The position numbers were made by a program, and so were the translations under genes. Of a stretch of DNA of 64,000 nucleotides, positions 38,160-45,740 are shown one piece after another. The stretch comes from Ardenticatenales bacterium. Lineage in GTDB: Bacteria > Chloroflexota > Anaerolineae > Epilineales > Epilineaceae. Position 1 is the stretch's first letter. Each line of letters starts with the position of its first letter. The stretch is taken from positions 55,262 to 119,261 of the forward strand of contig JADYYS010000005.1 in NCBI GenBank assembly GCA_020853525.1, in the 5' to 3' direction. The notes under the pieces were generated by a model. That model saw nothing but the letters and a program-made list of their open reading frames with translations, was not told the origin of the DNA and searched no databases.

Positions 38160-38214
38160 GACACACCCGGGGCGGCCACCAGAGTGCGGAACGCGGAGAA
38201 TGTGCAGTGGCGGC
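38160..38214 (-). repeat. Copy D: 5'-half (about 55 nt) of the hairpin repeat element, in opposite orientation
   Basis: The minus-strand sequence gccgccactgcacattctccgcgttccgcactctggtggccgcc... matches copy B (42946-43000) at about 43/55 positions. It starts 3 nt after the stop of the C39-like gene. No 3' inverted arm was found. Confidence 0.6.
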
Positions 38215-38217
38215 GAA

Positions 38218-39432
38218 TCAGGGCGACGGCGGCGCACCGGCATCCGTCGCGCGCAGCGCACGTGCCGGCGCTTCGTACAACGGGTTCAGCTCGACCGCAC
38301 GTCGCCAGAGCGACCGTGCCCCGTCGATGTCGCCGGCCGCCTCGCGCGCCCGCCCAAGCCAGTACACCGACTCCTCGAGGTCGGACGCGTTCGCCAGGTT
38401 CGCCTTCGCCAGCGACTCGACATCGGACCAGCGCCCGGCCGCACCGTACGCTTCGAACGGTCCGAACTGGTACCACAGCATCCGCCACGGCAGGCCGATC
38501 GCCCGCGCCCGGTCGAACGCGTCCGCCGCACCGGCCGGATCCCCGGTCGCCTGCAAGCTGGTGCCGAGGTTGAACCAGCCGAAGGCGTCCGGTGCGCGCT
38601 CGACCTCGTCTGCAGCCGTCGCCGCCGCATCGAACCACATCGCGGCGCCCCCGGGTCCGGCCAAGGCGACCTCCGCCGCGCGCGATGCCGGGAGGATCGC
38701 CAGATACGTGCGGTTGAACGCGCGCCAGTCGCGGTCGAAATCGGCATACGACTCGACGACGTTCGGCCCTTCGTAGCTGTCGGCCATCCGGAGCGTGCGC
38801 GCCGCGGCATCGTAGCCGACGACGAGCCGGTAATGCCCCATCTCGTCGCCCGGATCCGGCTCGAACCACGTCTCGACGATCGTCGGTACGCCGGCGGCGA
38901 CGAGCGCTTCGAGCACCTCGATGCGCCCGCCCGCCCGCAGCGCCGTGATGGCGCCCCGCTCCTGCGCATAGCGTGCCAGCTCGTCCGGGCCGACGTTCTT
39001 GTCGTCCGGGTTCGGCTTCAGCCGCACGGCCGCCGGCGCCTGGCCTTCATCCAGGCCGATCACGCTCAGCGCCATGCTGATCGTCGCCGGCCCGCAGTTG
39101 TTCCATGTTTGATAGGCATGCGTCAGCGGCCCGAGCTCCGCCGACAGTGGGCGAGGCACCGACGACGGGGTCGGCACCGCATTCGTCGCCATAGCCGACC
39201 GGGCGGCGGGCGTGGGCGGCGGCGCGACGGTCGCTCCGAGCGTGTCCGGCGGCGGTAGCGCCACCGGCGTCGCGGCGGAGCGCACGAGGGCGCGCAGGCG
39301 GTACGGCACCGCCTGCATCCGGGGCGGAAGGTGCGGGTACGCCGCACGCCACAGGCGCGACGACGCGCCTGTGGCCACGAGGACGCCCAACGCGATGGCC
39401 AGCCCGAGTCCGACGGCCGCAGTACGGCGCAT
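38218..39432 (-). CDS. Peptidase C39-like (papain-fold) domain protein with C-terminal TPR repeats
   Basis: N-terminal TM or signal. C39_2-like core QTWNNCGPATISMAL...GHYRLVVGYD. TPR-like C-terminus (WFNLGTSLQATGDPAGAADAFDRA...YWLGRAREAAGDIDGARSLWRRAVELNP). ATG 39432 overlaps the upstream stop. Confidence 0.7.
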   Translation of the reverse strand: MRRTAAVGLGLAIALGVLVATGASSRLWRAAYPHLPPRMQAVPYRLRALVRSAATPVALPPPDTLGATVAPPPTPAARSAMATNAVPTPSSVPRPLSAELGPLTHAYQTWNNCGPATISMALSVIGLDEGQAPAAVRLKPNPDDKNVGPDELARYAQERGAITALRAGGRIEVLEALVAAGVPTIVETWFEPDPGDEMGHYRLVVGYDAAARTLRMADSYEGPNVVESYADFDRDWRAFNRTYLAILPASRAAEVALAGPGGAAMWFDAAATAADEVERAPDAFGWFNLGTSLQATGDPAGAADAFDRARAIGLPWRMLWYQFGPFEAYGAAGRWSDVESLAKANLANASDLEESVYWLGRAREAAGDIDGARSLWRRAVELNPLYEAPARALRATDAGAPPSP

Positions 39433-40130
39433 CACGCCTGCACTTCCGCGGCCCGCTCGTTGGCGGTGTCGGGCTTGCCCTCGGCGGCACCGCGCTCGCG
39501 ATCCTCGACGGACGACCGGTTGGGGGCGATGCGTGCACCGGCACCCTCGGCGTCCCCGGCCTGCTGCCAGACGTCGACGACGCGGCTGAGTGCGGTGGCC
39601 CACGCGCCGAAGGTGGCGGCGACGACGACCGGCACCAGGAAGCCCGTGAGGAGACCCGCTCCGATCGCCAGCGTTCGCTCCAGCCTGCCGAACCAGCCGG
39701 CCTGCGTGCGGACCCCGATGCCCGCCGCGCGTGCGCGGGTGTAGCTGACGAGGATCGAACCGGCGAAGAAGGCGATTGCCCAGCGAACGAGGGTCACGTC
39801 ACCGGTTCGCTGGGCGTGCAGCACGAGGCCGAAGCACACGAGCGACTCAGACACGCGGTCGACGACGCTGTCCAGGAAGGCGCCGAAGCGCGACGTGCGG
39901 TCGGTCTCGCGCGCGACGGCGCCGTCGAGCGCGTCGAACGCGCCGGCCAGTGCGAGGGCGACGCCGGCAGCCCAGGTGGTATCGAACGCAGCGAGGCACC
40001 ACACGACCGGCACGTGGAGCACGACGCCGAAGACGGTCAGGGCGTTCGGGCCGACTCCCAGGCGGGCAAGGGCACGCGCCACCGTCCGCAGGACCGGCTG
40101 TGCCAACCGCCGGGCGGATGGCGTCCACAT
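39432..40130 (-). CDS. CDP-alcohol phosphatidyltransferase family protein
   Basis: Signature DALDGAVARETDRTSRFGAFLDSVVDRVSE (DGx2ARx8Gx3Dx3D). ATG 40130 overlaps the prfB stop. Confidence 0.85.
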   Translation of the reverse strand: MWTPSARRLAQPVLRTVARALARLGVGPNALTVFGVVLHVPVVWCLAAFDTTWAAGVALALAGAFDALDGAVARETDRTSRFGAFLDSVVDRVSESLVCFGLVLHAQRTGDVTLVRWAIAFFAGSILVSYTRARAAGIGVRTQAGWFGRLERTLAIGAGLLTGFLVPVVVAATFGAWATALSRVVDVWQQAGDAEGAGARIAPNRSSVEDRERGAAEGKPDTANERAAEVQA

Positions 40131-41273
40131 CAGGCCGCGCTCCCGCCGCCGGTGGGTTGCTCGATCGGTTCGCCCAATTGGTGCCGCAGCCAGGCATCGA
40201 TGAACAGATCGATGTCCCCATCGAGTACGGCCTGCGTTCGACCGGTCTCGACGTCGGTGCGATGGTCCTTCACCATTTGATACGGGTGCAGGACATAGGA
40301 CCGGATCTGGTTGCCCCACTCGGCGGACACGTGCTGGCCCTTCAGCCGTGCCTGCTCCGCCTCACGCTTCTCGATCTCGACCTCGAGCAGCCTCGCCCGC
40401 AGGATCTTCATCGCCGTGTCGCGATTCTGCGCCTGTGACCGCTCGTTCTGGCACGTGACGACAATTCCGGTGGGCAAGTGGGTCATCCGCACCGCGCTCG
40501 ACGTCTTGTTCACGTGCTGTCCCCCGGCGCCGCTGGCTCGGTAGATGTCCACGCGCACGTCCTCCTCCCGCAGGTCGACCGCCACATCGTCGGCGATGAG
40601 GGGCGAGACCTCGACGAGCGCGAACCCGGTCTGGCGACGTGCGGCCGAGTCGAACGGTGAGATCCGCACCAGGCGGTGGGTGCCCCGTTCGCTCTTGAGC
40701 AGGCCGTAAGCGCTCCGTCCCTGGATCGAAACCGTCGCGCTCTTGATGCCGGCCTCCTCGCCGGGAGACCGGTCGAGGATCTCGCACTGGAAGCGGTGGC
40801 GATCCGCCCAGCGCTCGTACATCCGCAGCAACATGTCCGCCCAGTCCTGGCTGTCCGTGCCGCCGGCGCCCGCGTGAATGCTCAGGATCGCATCGTGGTC
40901 GTCGAACTCGCCCGCAAACAGCAGCGAACGGTCCATGTCGGCCAACATCGTGCTGATCGCCGTGACCTCGTCCTCAAGCGCCGCGGCCATCGTCACCTGG
41001 CCGGCGTCCGACTCGAGGGCCGCCAGCTCGGCCAGCTCGCGCGCCTCCTTGATCCGGACCTCGACGGAAGTCCAGCGATCGACGTCGGATCGCAGCTCCG
41101 TCAGCCGGCGCATCGTGCGGCGGGCGGTTTCGGGATCGGACCAGAAGTCGGGGCGAAGCGTCGCCAGCTCGAGTGCGTCCGCCTCGGTCGTGCGTGCGGC
41201 TAGGTCAAAGACGGTTGAGGACGCGACGCAGCCGGTCCTCGAGTTCGGACAAGCGGGCGATGATATCATCCAT
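40130..41273 (-). CDS. prfB: Peptide chain release factor 2, requiring a programmed +1 ribosomal frameshift
   Basis: Frame 0 reads MDDIIARLSELEDRLRRVLNRL, then TGA (41207-41205) within CTT TGA C (41210-41204). The +1 frame continues DLAARTTEADAL... and carries SPF and GGQ motifs. ATG 41273 is 8 nt after AAGGAG. Confidence 0.9.
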
Positions 41274-41949
41274 GGTCATGGCTCCTTGCGACGAAGCGCC
41301 GGGCGGCGCTGTGCCGAGTGTAGCATCGAACCCGCCCGGCGCACCGCTCGACGATGCGACGGATGCGGCGGCCGTTGGATCGACGGACGCCGCGTCGACG
41401 GCGCGGCGCGATGCCCTCCGCGGCACGGCGCTGAAGCGGTTCAACCGCGGCGTTCGCCGGGCGGCGCGGGATGGCGGCCGCGAGGTCGTCCTCGTGCTCG
41501 AGAACATCAACTACCCCGTAAACGTCGGCAGCCTGTTCCGGATCGCCGACGGCTGCGGTGCCCGCGTCGTCCTGGCGGGCACGACACCCGATCCGACGAC
41601 GCCGTCCGCGGCCAAGGTGGCGCGCGGCCATCACGTCCACCTCGGCTGGACACGCACGGACGACGTGGTGGCGACGCTGCGGGACCTGGCACACGGCGGA
41701 TGGTGGGTGGCGGCGATCGAGCTGGCGGCCGACAGCGTGCCCTACCACGCTGTCGCGTACCCGCCGAAGGTGGCGCTCGTCCTCGGCAACGAAGATCACG
41801 GCGTCACGCGCCGGGCTCTCGGAGCCTGCCACGCCGCATTGTTCGTCCCGATGCTCGGGCGGGGCGCGTCGCTGAACGTGCACGTGGCCGCCGCGATCGT
41901 CGCCTATCGGGCGCTGTTCCCGTCGGAGGCGAGCAGCCCGTCGACGTAG
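41272..41949 (+). CDS. SpoU/TrmH-family RNA 2'-O-methyltransferase
   Basis: VLVLENINYPVNVGSLFRIADGCG...LVLGNEDHGV...VPMLGRGASLNVHVAAAIVAY. Start is uncertain (ATG 41272/41278 or a later GTG). The 3' end overlaps convergent ftsY. Confidence 0.75.
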   Translation: MVMAPCDEAPGGAVPSVASNPPGAPLDDATDAAAVGSTDAASTARRDALRGTALKRFNRGVRRAARDGGREVVLVLENINYPVNVGSLFRIADGCGARVVLAGTTPDPTTPSAAKVARGHHVHLGWTRTDDVVATLRDLAHGGWWVAAIELAADSVPYHAVAYPPKVALVLGNEDHGVTRRALGACHAALFVPMLGRGASLNVHVAAAIVAYRALFPSEASSPST

Positions 41950-42926
41950 GCGGACGCGTCGAAGGCCGCCAGATCGTCCATCCCCTCGCCCGTGCCGATG
42001 TAGGCGATGCGGATCCCGAGTTCGCGGCAGATCGGGAAGGCGATGCCGCCCTTGGCGCTGCCGTCGAGCTTGGCGAGCACGAGCCCGGTGACGTGCGTCG
42101 CGGCCGTGAACTGGCGCGCCTGTGCCAGCCCGTTCTGGCCCGTCGTGGCATCGAGAACGAGCAGCGTCTCGTGCGGCGCGCCCGGCACCTCGCGTCCGAT
42201 GATACCGTTCACCTTGGCGAGCTCGGCCATCAGGTTGTGCTGCGTGTGCAGACGACCGGCCGTGTCGACGATCACGACGTCCGCCCGCGCACCCGCCTGC
42301 GAGCGCAACGCGTCGAACACGACGGCGCCCGGGTCGCCGCCGGGCGTGCCCTTGATGATCCCGACGCCGGCCCGGTTCGCCCAGGCCTCCAGCTGGTCGA
42401 TCGCGGCCGCGCGGAATGTGTCGGCCGCCACGAGCAGCACCGAACGGCCGGCTGCGGCGTGCCGCCGTGCCAGCTTGGCCGCCGAGGTCGTCTTGCCGCT
42501 GCCGTTCACGCCGACGAGGAGGATCACCCATGGGCGCGGCGGCGCGGCCGGAGCGCCGTCCGCGGTGGCCCACTCGCTGCCGGCGCCCGGATCGCCGCCG
42601 CCTTGCAGCGCACGGACCATCACCGCCCGCAGCAGCGCCGGCAGCTCGTCGGCGCGCCGGACACCGGCCTGGCTGGCGCGGGCACGCAGCGCATCCACGA
42701 GCGCAACGGCGGTGCCGGCGCCGACGTCGGCGGCGATCAGCTGCGTCTCGAGCTCGTCCCACGTTTCGGTCGTGATATCGATCGGACCGAAGACCGCGCC
42801 GAGCCGGCTCAGCCAGCCCCGGCGGGTCGAGGCCAGCGCGGCGTCGTGCGACGCCGTTTCCGGCGGCGGATCGGCGGCGGACGGTGCCCCGGCACGACCG
42901 GACCGGCCAAATAAGCGTTCGAACAC
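41904..42926 (-). CDS. ftsY: Signal recognition particle receptor FtsY
   Basis: GVNGSGKTTSAAKLA, DTAGRLH, LAKLDGSAKGG. GTG 42926 is 8 nt after GAGGAGG and gives MFERLFG..., preferred over the track start at 42953. Confidence 0.9.
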   Translation of the reverse strand: MFERLFGRSGRAGAPSAADPPPETASHDAALASTRRGWLSRLGAVFGPIDITTETWDELETQLIAADVGAGTAVALVDALRARASQAGVRRADELPALLRAVMVRALQGGGDPGAGSEWATADGAPAAPPRPWVILLVGVNGSGKTTSAAKLARRHAAAGRSVLLVAADTFRAAAIDQLEAWANRAGVGIIKGTPGGDPGAVVFDALRSQAGARADVVIVDTAGRLHTQHNLMAELAKVNGIIGREVPGAPHETLLVLDATTGQNGLAQARQFTAATHVTGLVLAKLDGSAKGGIAFPICRELGIRIAYIGTGEGMDDLAAFDASAYVDGLLASDGNSAR

Positions 42927-42939
42927 GCGTCGAGCCTCC

Positions 42940-43018
42940 TCGTACCCCACCACTGCAGATTCTCCGGGTTCCGTACTCTGGTAGCCACCACGAGCATGTT
43001 CAGTGGTGGGGCACTAGT
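42940..43018 (+). repeat. Copy B: diverged (~76% identity) full-length copy of the hairpin repeat element
   Basis: tcgtaccccaccactg-N45-cagtggtggggcactag. Same length and architecture as copies A and C, with one compensatory A-U to C-G change in the terminal stem. Confidence 0.8.
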
Positions 43019-43027
43019 ACAGCCCCC

Positions 43028-43106
43028 TAGTACAGCACCACTGTAGATTCTTGGGACTCCCCAATCTGGTCGCCGCCCAAGGCATGTTCAGTGGTGGTGT
43101 ACTAGC
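43028..43106 (+). repeat. Copy C of the hairpin repeat element (identical to copy A)
   Basis: Identical base for base to 25800-25878; the identity extends to 43026/25798. It is preceded by a 10-nt fragment (tacagccccc) resembling the element's own 5' end. Confidence 0.85.
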
Positions 43107-43160
43107 TTCGTGGCGGCCGGCAAGGATAGCACGCGTCTCGCAGAGGGCGTAGGTCCGGGA

Positions 43161-43169
43161 TGGTATAAT
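43161..43169 (+). promoter_or_regulatory. Extended -10 promoter candidate for argS (TGgTATAAT)
   Basis: Perfect TATAAT at 43164-43169 with a TGn extension, about 59 nt upstream of GTG 43228. No good -35 element. Confidence 0.35.
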
Positions 43170-43227
43170 CGCGCGTCGATTCGGGAGTCGATCCGGCGGC
43201 CGATCCGACCGCCGTTCTTGGGGGCGC

Positions 43228-45138
43228 GTGCACGTGAAGAGCATCGAGGACATTCTGTCCGAGCGCGTTCGGGATGCTGCTGCGGGTGCGCTTGGCATGC
43301 CGGTGGACGGGGCGGTGCACCTCGAGGTGTCCAATCGCCCCGATCTCGGCGACTTTGCCACATCGGTCGCCTTCACGTTGGCCAAGGCTGCCCGCCGCCC
43401 GCCACTGGCGGTGGCGGAGCTGATCGCTGCGGCGCTGGGGGGCGCAGCCGGCGACGGCGCCATGATCGCCGGCGCGTCGGCCAGCGCGCCCGGGTTCGTG
43501 AACGTCCGGCTGAGCGCCGCCGAGCTGTCACGTTCGGTCGACGGGATCTGCCGAGCGGGCGGTCGCATCGCCCAGCGTGCGCCGACGGGCGACAAAGTGG
43601 TCGTCGAGCACACGAACATCAACCCGAACAAGGCCGCGCACGTCGGCCACTTCCGCAACGCCTGCCTCGGCGACTCCGTCGTGCGGATCCTGCGGCGCCT
43701 CGGCCACACCGTCGAGGTTCAGAACTACATCGACGACACCGGGGTGCAGGTGGCGGATGTCGTCGTCGGGCTGCGGTTCCTCGAAGTGCCGCCGCAGGGG
43801 GATCAGCCGTTCGATCGATACTGCTCGGACGTATACGTGGCCGTCCAGCACGCGTATGCGGCCGATCCGGCGCTCCTCGCACGGCGGCGCGAAGTGCAGG
43901 CGTCCGTCGAGGAAGGGCACGGACCGCTCGCCGCGTTCGTGCACGACGTGGCCGGTCGGATCGTCACTGCCAACCTGGCGACGATGGCGCGCGCCGGGAT
44001 CGGATACGACGTGCTGACCTGGGAGTCCCATATCCTCGGCCTCGGCTTCTGGCAGACCGCCTTCGAGCGCCTCCGCGACGGCGGCGCGCTGCGATTCGAA
44101 ACGGATGGGCCGAACGCCGGGTGCTGGGTTGTTCCGTTCGGCGCCGGCACGGTCGAGCTCGAAGGCAAGACCGTGAGCGAGGACAAAGTGCTGGTGACGA
44201 GCCAGGGGACGATCACCTATACCGCGAAGGACATCGCCTACCAGCTCTGGAAGTTCGGTCTGCTCGGCCGGGACTTCAGCTACCGGCTGTGGGGCGCTCA
44301 GGCCGACGGCCGACCGCTTTGGACGACCGCCCTCGACGACGGCAGCCCGGACGCGCCCGCGTTCGCACACGGTGACCGCGTCGTGAACGTCATCGACGTG
44401 CGGCAGTCCTATCCACAGCAGGTGGTGTACGAGTGCTTGCGCCGACTGGGCTTCGCCGCGCAGGCGGATCGATCACACCACCTGGCGTATGGCGTCGTCA
44501 ACCTGAGCGCCGCGGCGGCACGCGAGCTCGGCGTGGCGGTCGATGAGGGCCAGGCAGTGGTGGCCATGAGCGGCCGCGGCGGCATCCAGGTGTTCGCCGA
44601 CGAACTGCTCGACCGCCTGGCGGCGCGCTTGGCCGAGCGAACGGCGGATCCGGACGTGGCCTCGGCCGTGGCGGTCGGCGCGGCGCGGTACTACATGTTG
44701 AAGTGCGGCAACACCCAGGACATCGCCTTCGACTTCGACGACGCGCTTCGGACGACCGGCGAGACCGGCGTCTACCTGCAATACGCCCTCGTCCGTGCGC
44801 GCGGGATCCTGCGCCGCCTGGCCGAGGCCGGCGTGTCCGCCGCCCCCGCCCCGCCGCCGCCCGTGCTCGCCGACGCCGACCGTGCCCTCGTGCTGCACAT
44901 GCTGCGCTGGCCGCGCGCGCTGGCCACGGCCGGCGACGCGCTGACGGCGCAGCCCGTCGCCAAGTTCGCGTTCGAGCTCGCCGCGGCGTTCAGTGCTTTT
45001 TATGACAACACGGGTCCGATCGTCCAGGAGACGGATGCCGGCGTGCAAGCGTGGCGGGCCGGCCTCGTCCAGGCGTTCGATCTCCTGTTCGGCGACGTCC
45101 TCGACACGCTCGGCATTCCGGCGCTCGACCGGATCTGA
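43228..45138 (+). CDS. argS: Arginine--tRNA ligase
   Basis: Class I HIGH region HTNINPNKAAHVGHFRN. Anticodon-binding C-terminus ending ...LGIPALDRI, typical of ArgRS. Confidence 0.9.
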   Translation: MHVKSIEDILSERVRDAAAGALGMPVDGAVHLEVSNRPDLGDFATSVAFTLAKAARRPPLAVAELIAAALGGAAGDGAMIAGASASAPGFVNVRLSAAELSRSVDGICRAGGRIAQRAPTGDKVVVEHTNINPNKAAHVGHFRNACLGDSVVRILRRLGHTVEVQNYIDDTGVQVADVVVGLRFLEVPPQGDQPFDRYCSDVYVAVQHAYAADPALLARRREVQASVEEGHGPLAAFVHDVAGRIVTANLATMARAGIGYDVLTWESHILGLGFWQTAFERLRDGGALRFETDGPNAGCWVVPFGAGTVELEGKTVSEDKVLVTSQGTITYTAKDIAYQLWKFGLLGRDFSYRLWGAQADGRPLWTTALDDGSPDAPAFAHGDRVVNVIDVRQSYPQQVVYECLRRLGFAAQADRSHHLAYGVVNLSAAAARELGVAVDEGQAVVAMSGRGGIQVFADELLDRLAARLAERTADPDVASAVAVGAARYYMLKCGNTQDIAFDFDDALRTTGETGVYLQYALVRARGILRRLAEAGVSAAPAPPPPVLADADRALVLHMLRWPRALATAGDALTAQPVAKFAFELAAAFSAFYDNTGPIVQETDAGVQAWRAGLVQAFDLLFGDVLDTLGIPALDRI

Positions 45139-45242
45139 GCGATCGTTTCGGAGCAGCCGTTCGACGGTTTCGTTCAGGCGCGCCGCCCGGTGCGCTTGAC
45201 AGTGCGCCGGCCGGTGCCCACCAGCGTCAGGGAGCCGAGCGT

Positions 45243-45740
45243 GTGAGGCAGAAGAACATCCTGAGCCAGCGGATCATGACGCTCACCGGCCTCACCGCCG
45301 GCCCGAACGGGCCGTTCGGCGCTGCGGGGGGCGAGGTCGCACAACGCCTCGTCGACGGCTGGGCAGCCGAGCGACGTCTCCTCCAGCGGCTGCTGGACGA
45401 GACGAAGGGTGATGACGTGCTGGCCACCGTTGCGATGTGGCACGATCGGACGACGGCGTTCCTGGCGAAGGCCGGCGAGGGCGAAGGCTCGTGGCGCGAC
45501 CGTGACGGCCATCTCTGGGTCGGCAGCGACGTGCTGCGCGTTCTGGAGGACGTGCGGCAGCGGATCGACGCATGGCAGGCCGAGGCGGAACCGGCGCCGG
45601 CGGCCGGCGTCGGCGGCGGCGTGCGCGAGGCCGTGCGCGAGGCCGAGCTCGCGGCGCTGCGCGAGGCGCTCGGCGACGACGATGCTGACCTCGCCGAGGC
45701 GCTCGAGGACGACGATCCCGACGAGCCGGCGCTCCCCTGA
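45243..45740 (+). CDS. Hypothetical protein (165 aa) with an acidic C-terminus
   Basis: GTG 45243 is 8 nt after GGAG. Coding-like frame, no recognisable domain. The stop overlaps the next gene's ATG. Confidence 0.5.
   Translation: MRQKNILSQRIMTLTGLTAGPNGPFGAAGGEVAQRLVDGWAAERRLLQRLLDETKGDDVLATVAMWHDRTTAFLAKAGEGEGSWRDRDGHLWVGSDVLRVLEDVRQRIDAWQAEAEPAPAAGVGGGVREAVREAELAALREALGDDDADLAEALEDDDPDEPALP

Noticed and set aside
42940-43227. Possible T-box leader for argS (GGTGGTGTAC resembles the T-box GGUGGUACC core)
   Set aside because: The same element occurs, perfectly conserved, after the TgpA-like gene and upstream of a PPIase gene. There is no specifier-loop or antiterminator architecture. A good argS -10 element lies downstream of the element.
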